Source: Octopus sinensis (Eukaryota). Taken from it: 64,000 bases of DNA. Position numbers and translations under genes: made by a program. The DNA lies in the NCBI RefSeq assembly GCF_006345805.1, contig NC_042998.1, forward strand, positions 139,376,001-139,440,000, in the 5' to 3' direction. This document shows, in pieces, positions 51,650 to 64,000 of the stretch (positions are counted from its first letter, which is position 1; every line of letters begins with the position of its first letter). The notes beneath the pieces were generated by a model. That model made no database searches, was not told the origin of the DNA, and was given only the letters and a program-made list of their open reading frames with translations.

Positions 51650-54004
51650 GTATATATACATATATATATACGGGGGGGGGCGCTGACTGAATATATTACT
51701 GTAAGCATGTACATATGTACACACAATAATATGAAGCATTAATGTAAACAACCATATGCACGAGAATATCTGGTTATTATTCTAATTAATCAAGGCGCAT
51801 TTGTTTTCCGAAAATGAGAGAACAACCAGTACAGGCGATACATTTGGTGTTGGAAGTGGCAAACATATACAACCATAATATATTATTATCTTGCACTATT
51901 AAAAACCAATATGCGCGTATGAAATATCAATAGCTATGTCCAAGTAATATGCACGAGAACAATTTACATAATTCGTTTTAAAAAATTTAACATGTTAAAA
52001 GATGTTTTAATAAAGAAAACAAACCTGTGCAGGGTAAAGTTTTCTCGAGCCACAGTATAAAAATCATTTAAAGTCTAAACATAGATGTTTAGGAGAAGCA
52101 GGCGCGTAGATGTGTTTGAATACTACTAAGTTAGAGATATTATATCAGAGTAATATACACATTAGGAAGATGTGTCGGGAGGAGGGGGTGTACGTATACA
52201 TATGTGTGTGTGTGCCAATCACCCCCGCCACCTCGGAGTATAAGGATGTGCGTGAGTGTATGTAAATATGCAAAGACAAAGAGAGGAGGAGAAGCACACA
52301 ACACTAGCAAGAGTGCGCCCTGCACGCACCAACAACAATGTAATAAGGTTATATAGTATTAACTGTTACGTTAAAGCACGCTCAAAATTTATGAATGTGT
52401 GAGCGTGTAAACACCACATGCATGCTATAAAGTGTGTCTGTGTGAGCGGTTGAAGGAAAAAATAGAAGTGGGGCGAGGGAAATAAACGAAAGATAAGAGT
52501 GAGGGATGGATGATCATCCGAATAGATTTAGTGACTTTCAAAATCAGCGACCGATGATCGATAGACATATATCAATAGATGGAAATAATAAGTTTGTGAA
52601 AGCGTAACCTTCATATTAGAGTGCAATTGAGGAGGGGGCGGGATAAAATATGGTAAAATAGATAAAGATAATACGGTGAATGAGCAGAGATGGGGTTGAG
52701 AGATAGTACGAAATGAAGCAAATGCGAGTGACAATTATAATAAGAGCGAAAGAGGCATGCGAGAATCTGTTAAAGGTGGGGGTAAAATTGTAGAAGACAG
52801 TGACTAGACATGCAATGAAGAGAAAGGGAAAAGAGATAATAGTAAAATAAATAATCTGAGAAAAATTACCCAAGAATGAAGGGGAAAAAAAGTCATAGAT
52901 GGGGTGTTAGACGCCTAAAACAGTCGAAGGGAAAAGAAAAATTGAGGAGGTATGGAGAGAGAGAGAGAGATTGGAAGAGAGATGCAAAGAATTCGAGCTA
53001 GAAGGAAAGAAAGATGAAGCCAGAATGAAGGATGACAGAACTAGAAGTTGCTATGGAAAGTACTGGTGATGAACTCTCTGAGAAAGAGAGAATGCTTGAG
53101 AGAGAAAAAAAATGGAAAACACTAGGGAGAAGCTTAGAGATAGGGCCAAAGGAAAATAAATATATGAAAATAGTCAGCAAAAAAAAAAAGGAGAGAGAGA
53201 AAGATGTTAGAGATGCGAGTTAATTAGAGAGAGTTTAAGGCACTGAAAGAATTGGAGAAACAGAAGGAAAATTAAGTTAGGCAGGAAGAGAAAAGAGATA
53301 AATGAAAAGTGTGAAGATCGATGAAGGGAAAGAGATGGGGAAAGCAAGAGGAGAAGGGGTGAAGGACAAAAACAAGCGAGAAGGATGAGACAAGACAAAA
53401 GAATGGAGAAAATGGACTATCAGGCGAATCGGTTGAAGAGAATTGGTCCAAGAATACTGAGGACAGACAGCAATATTAAAATGAGTTTGATAGCAAACAT
53501 GGAGAAAATAAGGAACGCGTTTTAATAATACTCATTACCAAGTTTATCATTAATTTTACTAAAGCAACAGTGTGTTTTTTTTTATTAATTTTTTAAATTC
53601 ATCTTGAAAGGTCTTATCTATATTTATAAAAGTGTAAAGAGAAACGGTGATGCTTATGCCTCTGCCAAACCCATAAGTAACTACCTGGAATCGAAACGGC
53701 TTTGTTGGGTCAACATCCTGCACTGACAATTGTTATGATTGGGGACACTGAACAGTTTTACAAGAATGACATCTAGTCAGTTGAACCAAAAATCTCCCTA
53801 AGTATTTTAGTAGTCAAAGACTCCAAAAACATGAACGAAAGTGATCCAAATATACATTAGTATAAATAGCATACGGACCATGGATTATGTTATTCACGTC
53901 AACCCGTCCTAATTATTTCTTTTGATGTAACTAACACAAAGCTGACGACATTATATTCGCCAGGGAGTGGGTTAAAATCAACTTTACTGACTACAGAATA
54001 AGTG

Positions 54005-54215
54005 TTTTGAAATTTGGGCACAAGGCCACTAATTTCGGAGAAAGGGATAAGTCGATTACATCAACACCAGTATTCAACTGGTACTTATTTTATCGACCTT
54101 GAAAGACAAAAGGAAAAGAATCGAGCTCGGCAGAATTTGAACTCAGAACGTAAAGACGGACGAAATGCCACTAAGCATTTTGCCCGACACGGTAACGATT
54201 CTGTCAGTTTGTCAC
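54005..54215 (-). mobile_element. Family-2 SINE with CpGs retained
   Basis: Reverse complement of the family: ...gagctcggcagaatttgaactcagaacgtaaagacggacgaaatgccactaagcattttgcccgacacggtaacgattctgtcag. Confidence 0.85.
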
Positions 54216-54795
54216 TTTAAACTAAAGACCTCGATTAAATAAAAGGCGAACTCAGCTACAACGGGATTTGAAATCCGGCTGTAGAGACAACCCTGACGGT
54301 CTACTAGTTGGTTGCTTTTACATTAACGTTAATTATATTCAAGTACAAAGTAGCATTCAAGCCACCAAACCATATCATACAACACTGATCTTCTGCTGAG
54401 TTGAAAGAACCTAACAAGGATTTACTGTAGAAGCAATGTTTGCTCTCAAAGTTAATATAAATGACACAAAATAAAGTCGCTATGGAACGAGCAACATGCA
54501 TGTCTTTAAATGGTGAAGGAAGACTACATAAATATCTTATACGTCAACTCAGCATGCAGTCGGATTGCCCTCGTTTTATCTCATTGGGTTTCGCTTTATA
54601 GATGTTCTAAATAGGTGTTTATAGACTTTGATAACTGATGCTAATAAAAGTGACACGAAGTGATGAGTGATTTACTATTTTAGGTCAATAATCGGAAGTG
54701 CAGAAGTTGATTTTCAATGAGAAGATTCTATCTAAACACATACAAGTACCACTGTTTATTCACTCTTAAACACGCGCACACACATACATACAGAC

Positions 54796-54849
<54 letters not shown>

Positions 54850-54969
54850 TACAGATATACATACATAGAGAGAGAGAGAGAGAGAAAGTATAAATCGTAC
54901 ACAAATATAAATACACATATATTGACAGGCATAACGCATATAACACACGTGCACGCACGCATAGATATG

Positions 54970-55166
54970 GGCGTATCAGGACAATTAGCCCCATTGAACA
55001 ATCCCCACCCCCACCCCGACGACAACCCTAGAATAATTACTCTCCTTGGTTAATTAACTCCTCTCCAATATATTAAAGTTTTAAATTATCATGTTGTCCT
55101 CGGGGAGTTATTGTCCGGGGGGGGGGGGGTTAGTTATTGTCCATGGGGAGTAAATGTCCTAGACTC
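54970..55166. mobile_element. Short MITE-like element with ggacaatt..cccc / gggg..attgtcc subterminal repeats
   Basis: Left end tcaggacaattagcccc; right side has three gggg(a)gtta(t/a)(t/a)gtcc-like motifs ending taaatgtcctagactc. Confidence 0.5.
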
Positions 55167-55469
55167 AGATATGGGAATCCTCTTGATACAATGCCACCCA
55201 TACATAGTTAGGAAGGGACTAAAATGACCCTTTAGTTTTAAGGCATGACAACTCCTCCAGCACTTGTGTCACCAAAAATGCACCCAGTACACTCTGCAAA
55301 GAAATTCATGTTAGGAAGTATATCCAATAATAAAAAAAAATAATCCCTGAGACGTCTGGCAAGAAATGGTCCACCAACCCATCAAGAATTCCAACTCCAC
55401 CAAAGAACTGATTAAGGTCTTGGTGAACACTGTCCAACCCATGCCAACATTGAAAACACAAAATATGAC

Positions 55470-55710
55470 ATACATATATATAAATAAATATATACATGAA
55501 TACATTTACATATATCTATAAATAGATATACATATGAATACATTATATATATAAATACATATACACAGGAATACATATACACATGAATATATTTACATAT
55601 ATATATATAAATATAAACTATATATATACATATACAAATGAATACATTTACACATAAATACATATACACATGAATACATTTACATATATATAAATACATA
55701 TAAATATATC
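55470..55710. repeat. Degenerate AT-rich tandem repeat (about 38 bp, core catgaatacatttacatatatataaata)
   Basis: The core atgaata(c/t)att recurs five to six times at roughly regular spacing. Confidence 0.7.
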
Positions 55711-56204
55711 ATCATTATTTAATGTCTGTTGTCCATGCCGGCATGGGTTGGATGTTTTGACTGGGTTGGCACACTGGAAGGCTGCACCAGACTCCAGTCT
55801 GATTTGGCATGGTTTTCTTCAGCTGGATGCCCTTCCTAACACCAACCACTTCAAGAGTGTAATGGATGCTGTTATGTGCCATTTGTCGTGTCAATACACA
55901 TATTTGAGTGTGCATGTATGCATCACTATGTATTATTTTACACCTGTTTTCCAGGCTGGTGTGGATTGGATGAGTCATCAAGATTAGGGTCAGCACACAT
56001 TTGGGGGAACTGCTTACCTTGAGGGTCTGGAAGACATCATCTCACATTTTTAGCTTGGTTTCTGTGGCAGAATGTCTTTCCAACTATCATACAGAATGCA
56101 TTGGGAATATTTTCCTAGACACAAGTACCAGAGAGGTAGCTCTGTCCTCCACTAAAGGAACCTCACAAACTCATAACACTGCTCACTCACCAGCCTCTTC
56201 ACAG

Positions 56205-56376
56205 AATATATATGACATATACATACTATATATATATACTAACATATACAGACTATATATACTAACACATACATACTATATACATATACTAACATATACA
56301 GACTATATATACTAACACATACATACTATATATATATATATATATATATAGATATATATATGACATATACATATAC

Positions 56377-56410
<34 letters not shown>

Positions 56411-56579
56411 TGACATATACATACTATATATATATACTGACATATACATACTATATATATATTGACATATATATACTATATATATATATGACATATACAT
56501 ACAATATATATTGACATATACATACAATATATATTGACATATAATACAATATATATTGACATATACATACAATATATAT

Positions 56580-56617
<38 letters not shown>

Positions 56618-59091
56618 CCTCATATATATTAACATATGCATACCATATATATTAACATATACTTACTATATATAGATACGTGTACTGTATATTGATATAT
56701 ACATACTATATATATTGATATATACATACTATATATATTGATATATACTATATATCTTGACATAGACATATACTATATCTTGACATACATATACTATATC
56801 TTGATATATACATATACTATGTATATTGACATATACATATACTATATTGACATATACTATATATCTTGACATATACATATACTATATATCTTGACATATA
56901 CTATATATCTTGACATATACTATATATCTTGACATATACTATATAGCTTGACATATACTATATAGCTTGACATATACTATATAGCTTGACATATACTATA
57001 TAGCTTGACATATACTATATAGCTTGACATATACATACTATATATATAGACATATACATACTATATATATAGACATATACATACTATATATATAGACATA
57101 TACATACTATATATATAGACATATACATACTATATATATAGACATATACATACTATATATATAGACATATACATACCATATATATAGACATATACATACC
57201 ATATATATAGACATATACATACCATATATATAGACATATACATACCATATATATAGACATATACATACCATATATATAGACATATACATACCATATATAT
57301 AGACATATACATACCATATATATAGACATATACATACCATATATATAGACATATACATACCATTATATAGACATATACATACCATATATATAGACATATA
57401 CATACCATATATATAGACATATACATACCATATATATAGACATATACATACCATATATATAGACATATACATACCATATATATAGACATATACATACCAT
57501 ATATATAGACATATACATACCATATATATAGACATATACATACTATATATATATACTGACATATACATACATATATATATATATATAGACATACATACCA
57601 TATATAGACATATACATACCATATATATAGACATATACATACCATATATATAGACATATACATACCATATATATAGACATATACATACCATATATATAGA
57701 CATATACATACCATATATATAGACATATACATACCATATATATAGACATATACATACCATATATTAGACATATACATACCATATATATAGACATATACAT
57801 ACCATATATATAGACATATACATACCATATATATAGACATATACATACCATATATATAGACGTATACATACCATATATATAGACGTATACATACCATATA
57901 TATAGACGTATACATACCATATATATAGACATATACATACCAAATATATAGACGTATACATACCAAATATATAGACATATACATACCATATATATAGACA
58001 TATACATACCATATATATAGACATATACATACCAAATATATAGACATATACATACCAAATATATAGACATATACATACCAAATATATAGACATATACATA
58101 CCAAATATATAGACATATACATACCAAATATATAGACATATACATACCAAATATATAGACATATACATACCAAATATATAGACATATACATACCATATAT
58201 ATAGACATATACATACCATATATATAGACATATACATACTATATATATAGACATATACATACTATATATATAGACATATACATACTATATATATAGACAT
58301 ATACATACTATATATATAGAATATACATACTATATATATTGACATATACATACTATATATATAGACATATACATACTATATATATATAGACATATACATA
58401 CTATATAGACATATACATACTATATAGACATATACATACCAAATATATAGACATATACATCCAAATATTCTAGAACATTAATACAATATATATATACATA
58501 TACATACTATATAATAGACAATACATACATAATATATATACATCTACATACCAATAAATAGACATATACATACTATATATAGAAACATATACATACCAAA
58601 CATATATAGACATACATACCAAATAATAGACATATACATACTATATATATAGACATATACATACCAAATATATAGACATATACATACCAAATAAATAGAC
58701 ATATACATACTATATATAGACATAACATACCAAATATATAGACATATACATACCAAATAAATAGACATATACATACCAAATATATAGACATATACATACT
58801 ATATATATATATATATACATACTATATATATATACATACATACTATATATATATACATACATACTATATATATATACATACTATATATATATACATATAT
58901 ATATATATACATACTATATATATATACATACTATATATATATATATATACATACTATATATACAACATATATATATATATATATACATACATACTATATA
59001 TACACATATATATATATATACATACTATATATATATATATAATATATACATACTATATATATATATACATACTATATATATATATACATAC

Positions 59092-59135
<44 letters not shown>

Positions 59136-59165
59136 CATACTATATATATATATATATTATATACA

Positions 59166-59200
<35 letters not shown>

Positions 59201-59204
59201 CTAA

Positions 59205-59260
<56 letters not shown>

Positions 59261-59265
59261 CATAC

Positions 59266-59324
<59 letters not shown>

Positions 59325-59326
59325 CA

Positions 59327-59368
<42 letters not shown>

Positions 59369-59427
59369 CATACTATATATATATATATACATACTATATA
59401 TATAATATATATATATACATACTATAT

Positions 59428-59458
<31 letters not shown>

Positions 59459-59460
59459 CA

Positions 59461-59506
<46 letters not shown>

Positions 59507-59555
59507 CATACTATATATATATATATAATATATATATATATATTATATATATATA

Positions 59556-59587
<32 letters not shown>

Positions 59588-59641
59588 CATGTACATAGTA
59601 TATATATATCATACTATATATATATATATATTGACATGTAC

Positions 59642-59675
<34 letters not shown>

Positions 59676-60143
59676 ATATATATATATATATGATATAATA
59701 TAAAACATATCCATATTATATATAGAGATAACATATACATAGTATATATATAGACATAATCATAGTATATATATATATAGACATATACATAGTATATATA
59801 TATATATAGACATATACATAGTATATATATATATAGACATATACATAGTATATATATATATAGACATATACATAGTATATATATATATATAGACATATAC
59901 ATAGTATATATATATATATATAGACATATACATAGTATATATATATATATAGACATATACATAGTATATAGATATATATAGACTATACATAGTATATATA
60001 TATATACATATACATATATATATATATAGACATATACATAGTATATATTATATATAGACATATACATAGTATAATAATATATATAATATATATATTTATA
60101 TACATATACGTAGTATATATATATATAGACACATTACATACTA

Positions 60144-60186
<43 letters not shown>

Positions 60187-60330
60187 TTATTATATACATA
60201 TACGTAGTATATATATAGACATGTACATACATATATATATATATATTATATATTATATATATAATATATATATAATATATATTATTTTATTTATATACAT
60301 ATACGTAGTATATATATATAGACATGTACA

Positions 60331-60379
<49 letters not shown>

Positions 60380-60486
60380 TATTATATACATATACGTAGT
60401 ATATATATAGACATGTACATACTATATATATATATATATATATTTATTTATATACATATACGTAGTATATATATAGGACATGTACA

Positions 60487-60528
<42 letters not shown>

Positions 60529-60590
60529 TTATATGACATATACGTAGTATATATATATAGACATGTACATACTATATATATATATATATA

Positions 60591-60638
<48 letters not shown>

Positions 60639-61026
60639 ATTGAGAGAGAGAGATAGAGAGAGACATATCTTTACAATATATATAGACATATACATACTAT
60701 ATATATATACTGACATATATATACTATATACTCTATATATATAGGTTGACATACACATACTATATATATATATTGACATATACAAACTATATATCTTAAA
60801 ATATATACATACTGTGTATCTATTGACATATACATGCTATATATATGTATATATATATATATTGATATATACATACTTTTTATATATTGACAAATACATA
60901 CTATATATATATTGACATATACATACTATATATATATTGACATATACATACTATATATATATTGACATATACATACTATATATATATTGACATATACATA
61001 CTATATATATATATATTGACATAAAC

Positions 61027-61061
<35 letters not shown>

Positions 61062-61490
61062 ACATAAACGTACTATATATATATATATATATTGACATAA
61101 ACGTACTATATATATATATATATATTGACATATACATACTATATATATATATATATATATTGACATATACATACTATATATATATTGACATATACATACT
61201 ATATATATATTGACATATAATATATATTGGCATATACATTATATATAGACATACACATACCATATATATTGACATATACATACCATATATATTGACATAT
61301 ACATACCATATATATTGACATATACATACCATATATATTGACATATACATACCATATATATTGACATATACATACCATATATATTGACATATACATACCA
61401 TATATATATATATATATATATATGCATATATATATATTGACATATATACATCGACATATACATGCTATATATATACATACACCATATAGT
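56205..61490. repeat. About 5.3 kb compound satellite based on a 19-25 bp unit (gacatatacatac(t/c)atatatata)
   Basis: Direct reading. The 23 bp period at 57,040-58,440 explains the 23-aa periodic ORFs; degenerate (TA)n-rich zones lie in between. Confidence 0.95.
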
Positions 61491-61935
61491 TCTACTTTTC
61501 ATATATATACTATATATATATATTGACGCATATACAACCACATATATATGTTACATATATATATGCATACACTATGCATACATTATATATGTCCACCCTT
61601 CACAATTTCCTTTAAAGCATGAAACTAATAGTACAATCGTGAAAACTTGTCCCTTTTGTTGTGCTTTTTGTTGTTATTGGTCAATCTTAACCTTAAGTTA
61701 TTGTTTTATTGAATTAGTGCACATTAACATAAGAGAATAAGGAAAGGAAAAAATAACCAGCGCGTGTGTGCATATGTATGCACACTGGTCTTGCATATAT
61801 AGATGTAACTGTACATATATGCACTTGAATATATATATCCTAACTACTATTTATTTCTTGACACTTTTAGGCACAAATCTATTTATACATACACGTAATA
61901 TATCTGCTTATTTATACTTAGATGAGAAATCCCAT

Positions 61936-61937
<2 letters not shown>

Positions 61938-62011
<74 letters not shown>
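61938..62011. repeat. (TA)n microsatellite (similar tracts at about 13,525, 25,325, 32,560, 40,535 and 46,656)
   Basis: Direct reading. Confidence 0.95.
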
Positions 62012-62019
<8 letters not shown>

Positions 62020-62681
62020 ACACATTCATATAGCGTACATGTTGTTGATTGACACACACTCCGGCTGCCTGTGTGTACTTGCCCGGTTAGAAACAACATC
62101 GCAAACAGCCGGATAGTAAAAGCTATATAGCAAAGACGGGCTAAAAGGTATGCCGTGGGCCGCATGCGGCTCTCGGAGATACCATAATCGGCTCCCGAGA
62201 TAATAGTGTGTCTCGGTGCTATATTTTGCGAAAAAAAAGTATTACTAATAAATCCTTTGGCATTCCTGCCAGCCGGGGTTTTTTTTAAGTATAAACTATA
62301 GAAATTAAGACTATATAAAGAAAGGCCTTCAACAAGCAGAATAATCGATCTCCTTGAGTAGGTAGGCTGTTATATTTCGTCATTTATATATATAATTTTT
62401 TTAAATATGTTGCACCCCTTGAACTATGAATATATATATATGTGAGTGTGTGGCTCTTCATTATCTAATAACTTGGCCATCCCTAGCATACGTAAGTAAA
62501 AGGAAATGGGATATATTTAAAGGAGACGAGAGTGGGTAATTGAAAGAAATCGGTCCCCCTCTTTTCGTCCAATATAATAAGCAAGAAGATTGTTGCGGAC
62601 AACCGCAACTACCACTTGGCGACGACAGTGCAACAACAGTAAATTACATGACAACGGAAATAACCTAATAGTGTAACTTAC

Positions 62682-62990
62682 CTGTAAACTTAGACGTCGA
62701 TTGTGTTCATCAAATTAGAGGATTGACAACGTCTTTCATGCGAACATACTCGAACATTCAGCTTGATTTTATGCAATGATTGGTGTGCAGAGAGGGTTTG
62801 GATGTTAGCTTCTCTCCTTGGCTTTTTAGTATGAAACAGGAGCTCGCTACAGAAAACTGGTTAGTAATCTAGCGAGATATTTTCTTTAAGAGATGAATAT
62901 AAATGTATATACACGCACATATATATATTAAGTATTTTAGTATAATATATATTTATGTACGTATCAATAAAAGAGAGGGGGACTTCGGTT
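62682..62990 (-). other. Putative first (5'UTR) exon of the minus-strand gene; 5' boundary uncertain
   Basis: Consensus donor TTTACAG|GTAAGT at 62,682/62,681, CpG-rich context, 70-400 bp downstream of the CCAAT/CRE module. No ATG-initiated frame stays open to the donor. Confidence 0.5.
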
Positions 62991-63060
62991 CGCACGTCTT
63001 CCTGTTTTCTTTTCTTTTTTTCTTTTTTTTTTTACTTTCCTGATGAAGAGACTTTATAAT

Positions 63061-63144
63061 GAGCCAATAGGAATAAAGCTTGTAACCAGCCAATCAGACT
63101 GCGGCTTAGTAAACACGCTTTAACTATTTTATCATGTGACGTCA
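63061..63144 (-). promoter_or_regulatory. Promoter module: two consensus NF-Y boxes, FOX site, overlapping M-box/CRE
   Basis: AGCCAATAG (CCAAT 63,064), AGCCAATCAG (CCAAT 63,090), GTAAACA (63,109), TCATGTGA (63,132) overlapping TGACGTCA (63,137-63,144); CpG-retaining surroundings. Confidence 0.6.
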
Positions 63145-63378
63145 ACACAAATTTTTTTTCCTTTTCACATATTTTTGTTCTGTTCTGCTTTTATTGTCAA
63201 AAGTAGAAAAAAAAGGAACTAAAAGAAAAAAGGTTATATAAAGGGAGTCACATATTTCAAAGTTACTTTGTCCTCAAAACGCTATCGGATTGATAAAAGT
63301 TTCATTGGGGGAAGGGTTATTTTTTCATTTGTCTGGTCATGTTCTCCCTCTCTTTTCACTCAGTCTCTCTATCTTTCC

Positions 63379-63435
<57 letters not shown>

Positions 63436-63599
63436 ATAATTTAAAGATGTTGGTATGTGAAAACTTTGACTAAATATAAGACAGGAGCTGTCATACAGAA
63501 ATACTCTTAAAAGTAAAAGAAAAAAGTTTTGGCCCATCATGTTATATTTATAAACCATCCTGTTGATGTATGTTGTAAATAAAAGAGTAAGACAATCCT

Positions 63600-63836
63600 A
63601 TAAGGGAATCCTCATGGACCCCTTTTATTCCTGTTTTACTCTACAGAACCCTAATAAACATTCAGTGTTCAAAAAAGTTCCATTATATTTTTTTAATTAA
63701 ATATTATCAGAAATTGTAATAAAAAATTGTTAAAATATTTTGTGTATTATAGGAATATAACCAATTTATGGCAGATAAATTTTAACACCAAAATCTTCTG
63801 TGCCCCATAGCACAAGGGCCATGTTGAAAACCCCTG
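63600..63836. mobile_element. hAT MITE related to 46,925-47,172 (left end eroded)
   Basis: Shares ttcct(a/g)ttttactc and aaccaatttat(t/g)gca(c/g)ataaattttaaca..aaaatctt with that element; right TIR gttgaaaacccctg. Confidence 0.55.
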
Positions 63837-64000
63837 CTCTACATTGTTATGAGACCATCTAGAAATAGCAACCATATATCCTACAAATCACACCCCTCTC
63901 TTAGAAAAGGATAAACTGAGTGTCCTGTTGATGGGGAGAAGGAAAGGTTGATATGGCTAGGATGTCTTTGTTCCTAGGTCTCCTTGATTTGAGCTGACCT

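Larger units (their letters stand above)
1..62990 (-). other. Inferred long minus-strand transcription unit, almost entirely intronic in this window; product unidentified
   Basis: Unique sequence is A-rich on + (T-rich on -, as usual for intron sense strands). CpG depletion over about 1-48,400 resembles invertebrate gene-body methylation. A CAG|GTAAGT donor at 62,682 lies just downstream of a promoter module. No homology-supported CDS was seen. Confidence 0.45.

Noticed and set aside
52528-53398. Several 60-85 aa F/L/S-rich or E/K/R-rich ORFs
   Set aside because: Compositional by-products of the GA-rich tract.
54655-54740. C/D snoRNA (GTGATGA C box)
   Set aside because: No D box (CTGA) or terminal stem at a suitable distance.
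56205-61490. CRISPR-like regularly spaced repeats
   Set aside because: Units are head-to-tail with no unique spacers, there are no cas genes and the context is eukaryotic.
57107-61541. Long Y/I/M/V/C-rich ORFs (up to 376 aa)
   Set aside because: They are translations of the 21-23 bp satellite, are open in several frames at once and have no coding complexity.

Overview
AT-rich, repeat-dense animal genomic DNA. The SINE/RTE/MITE families and heavy (TA)n/(CA)n load look like octopus (coleoid cephalopod); this is pattern recognition, not a database result. I found no securely identifiable host protein-coding exon. The long ORFs in the track come from dead transposons (two mariners, an RTE LINE, pogo/Tigger and hAT remnants), tandem repeats, or antisense readings of SINEs. 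A-rich plus-strand skew, strong CpG depletion over about 1-48,400 and a consensus minus-strand donor at 62,682 suggest mostly intronic sequence of a long minus-strand gene. There are two CpG-retaining domains (about 48.45-55.15 kb and 61.4-63.3 kb), and each carries a CRE plus paired CCAAT promoter module. The most interesting signals are a fossil methylation boundary readable from sibling SINE copies, twin promoter architecture, a uORF-packed 5'UTR exon, small CpG-retaining motif islets inside the depleted domain, several long intronic hairpins, a variant-stratified 5.3 kb satellite, and a speculative in-frame chain of six small exons. I cannot support a new biological system from sequence alone; the findings are testable hypotheses.
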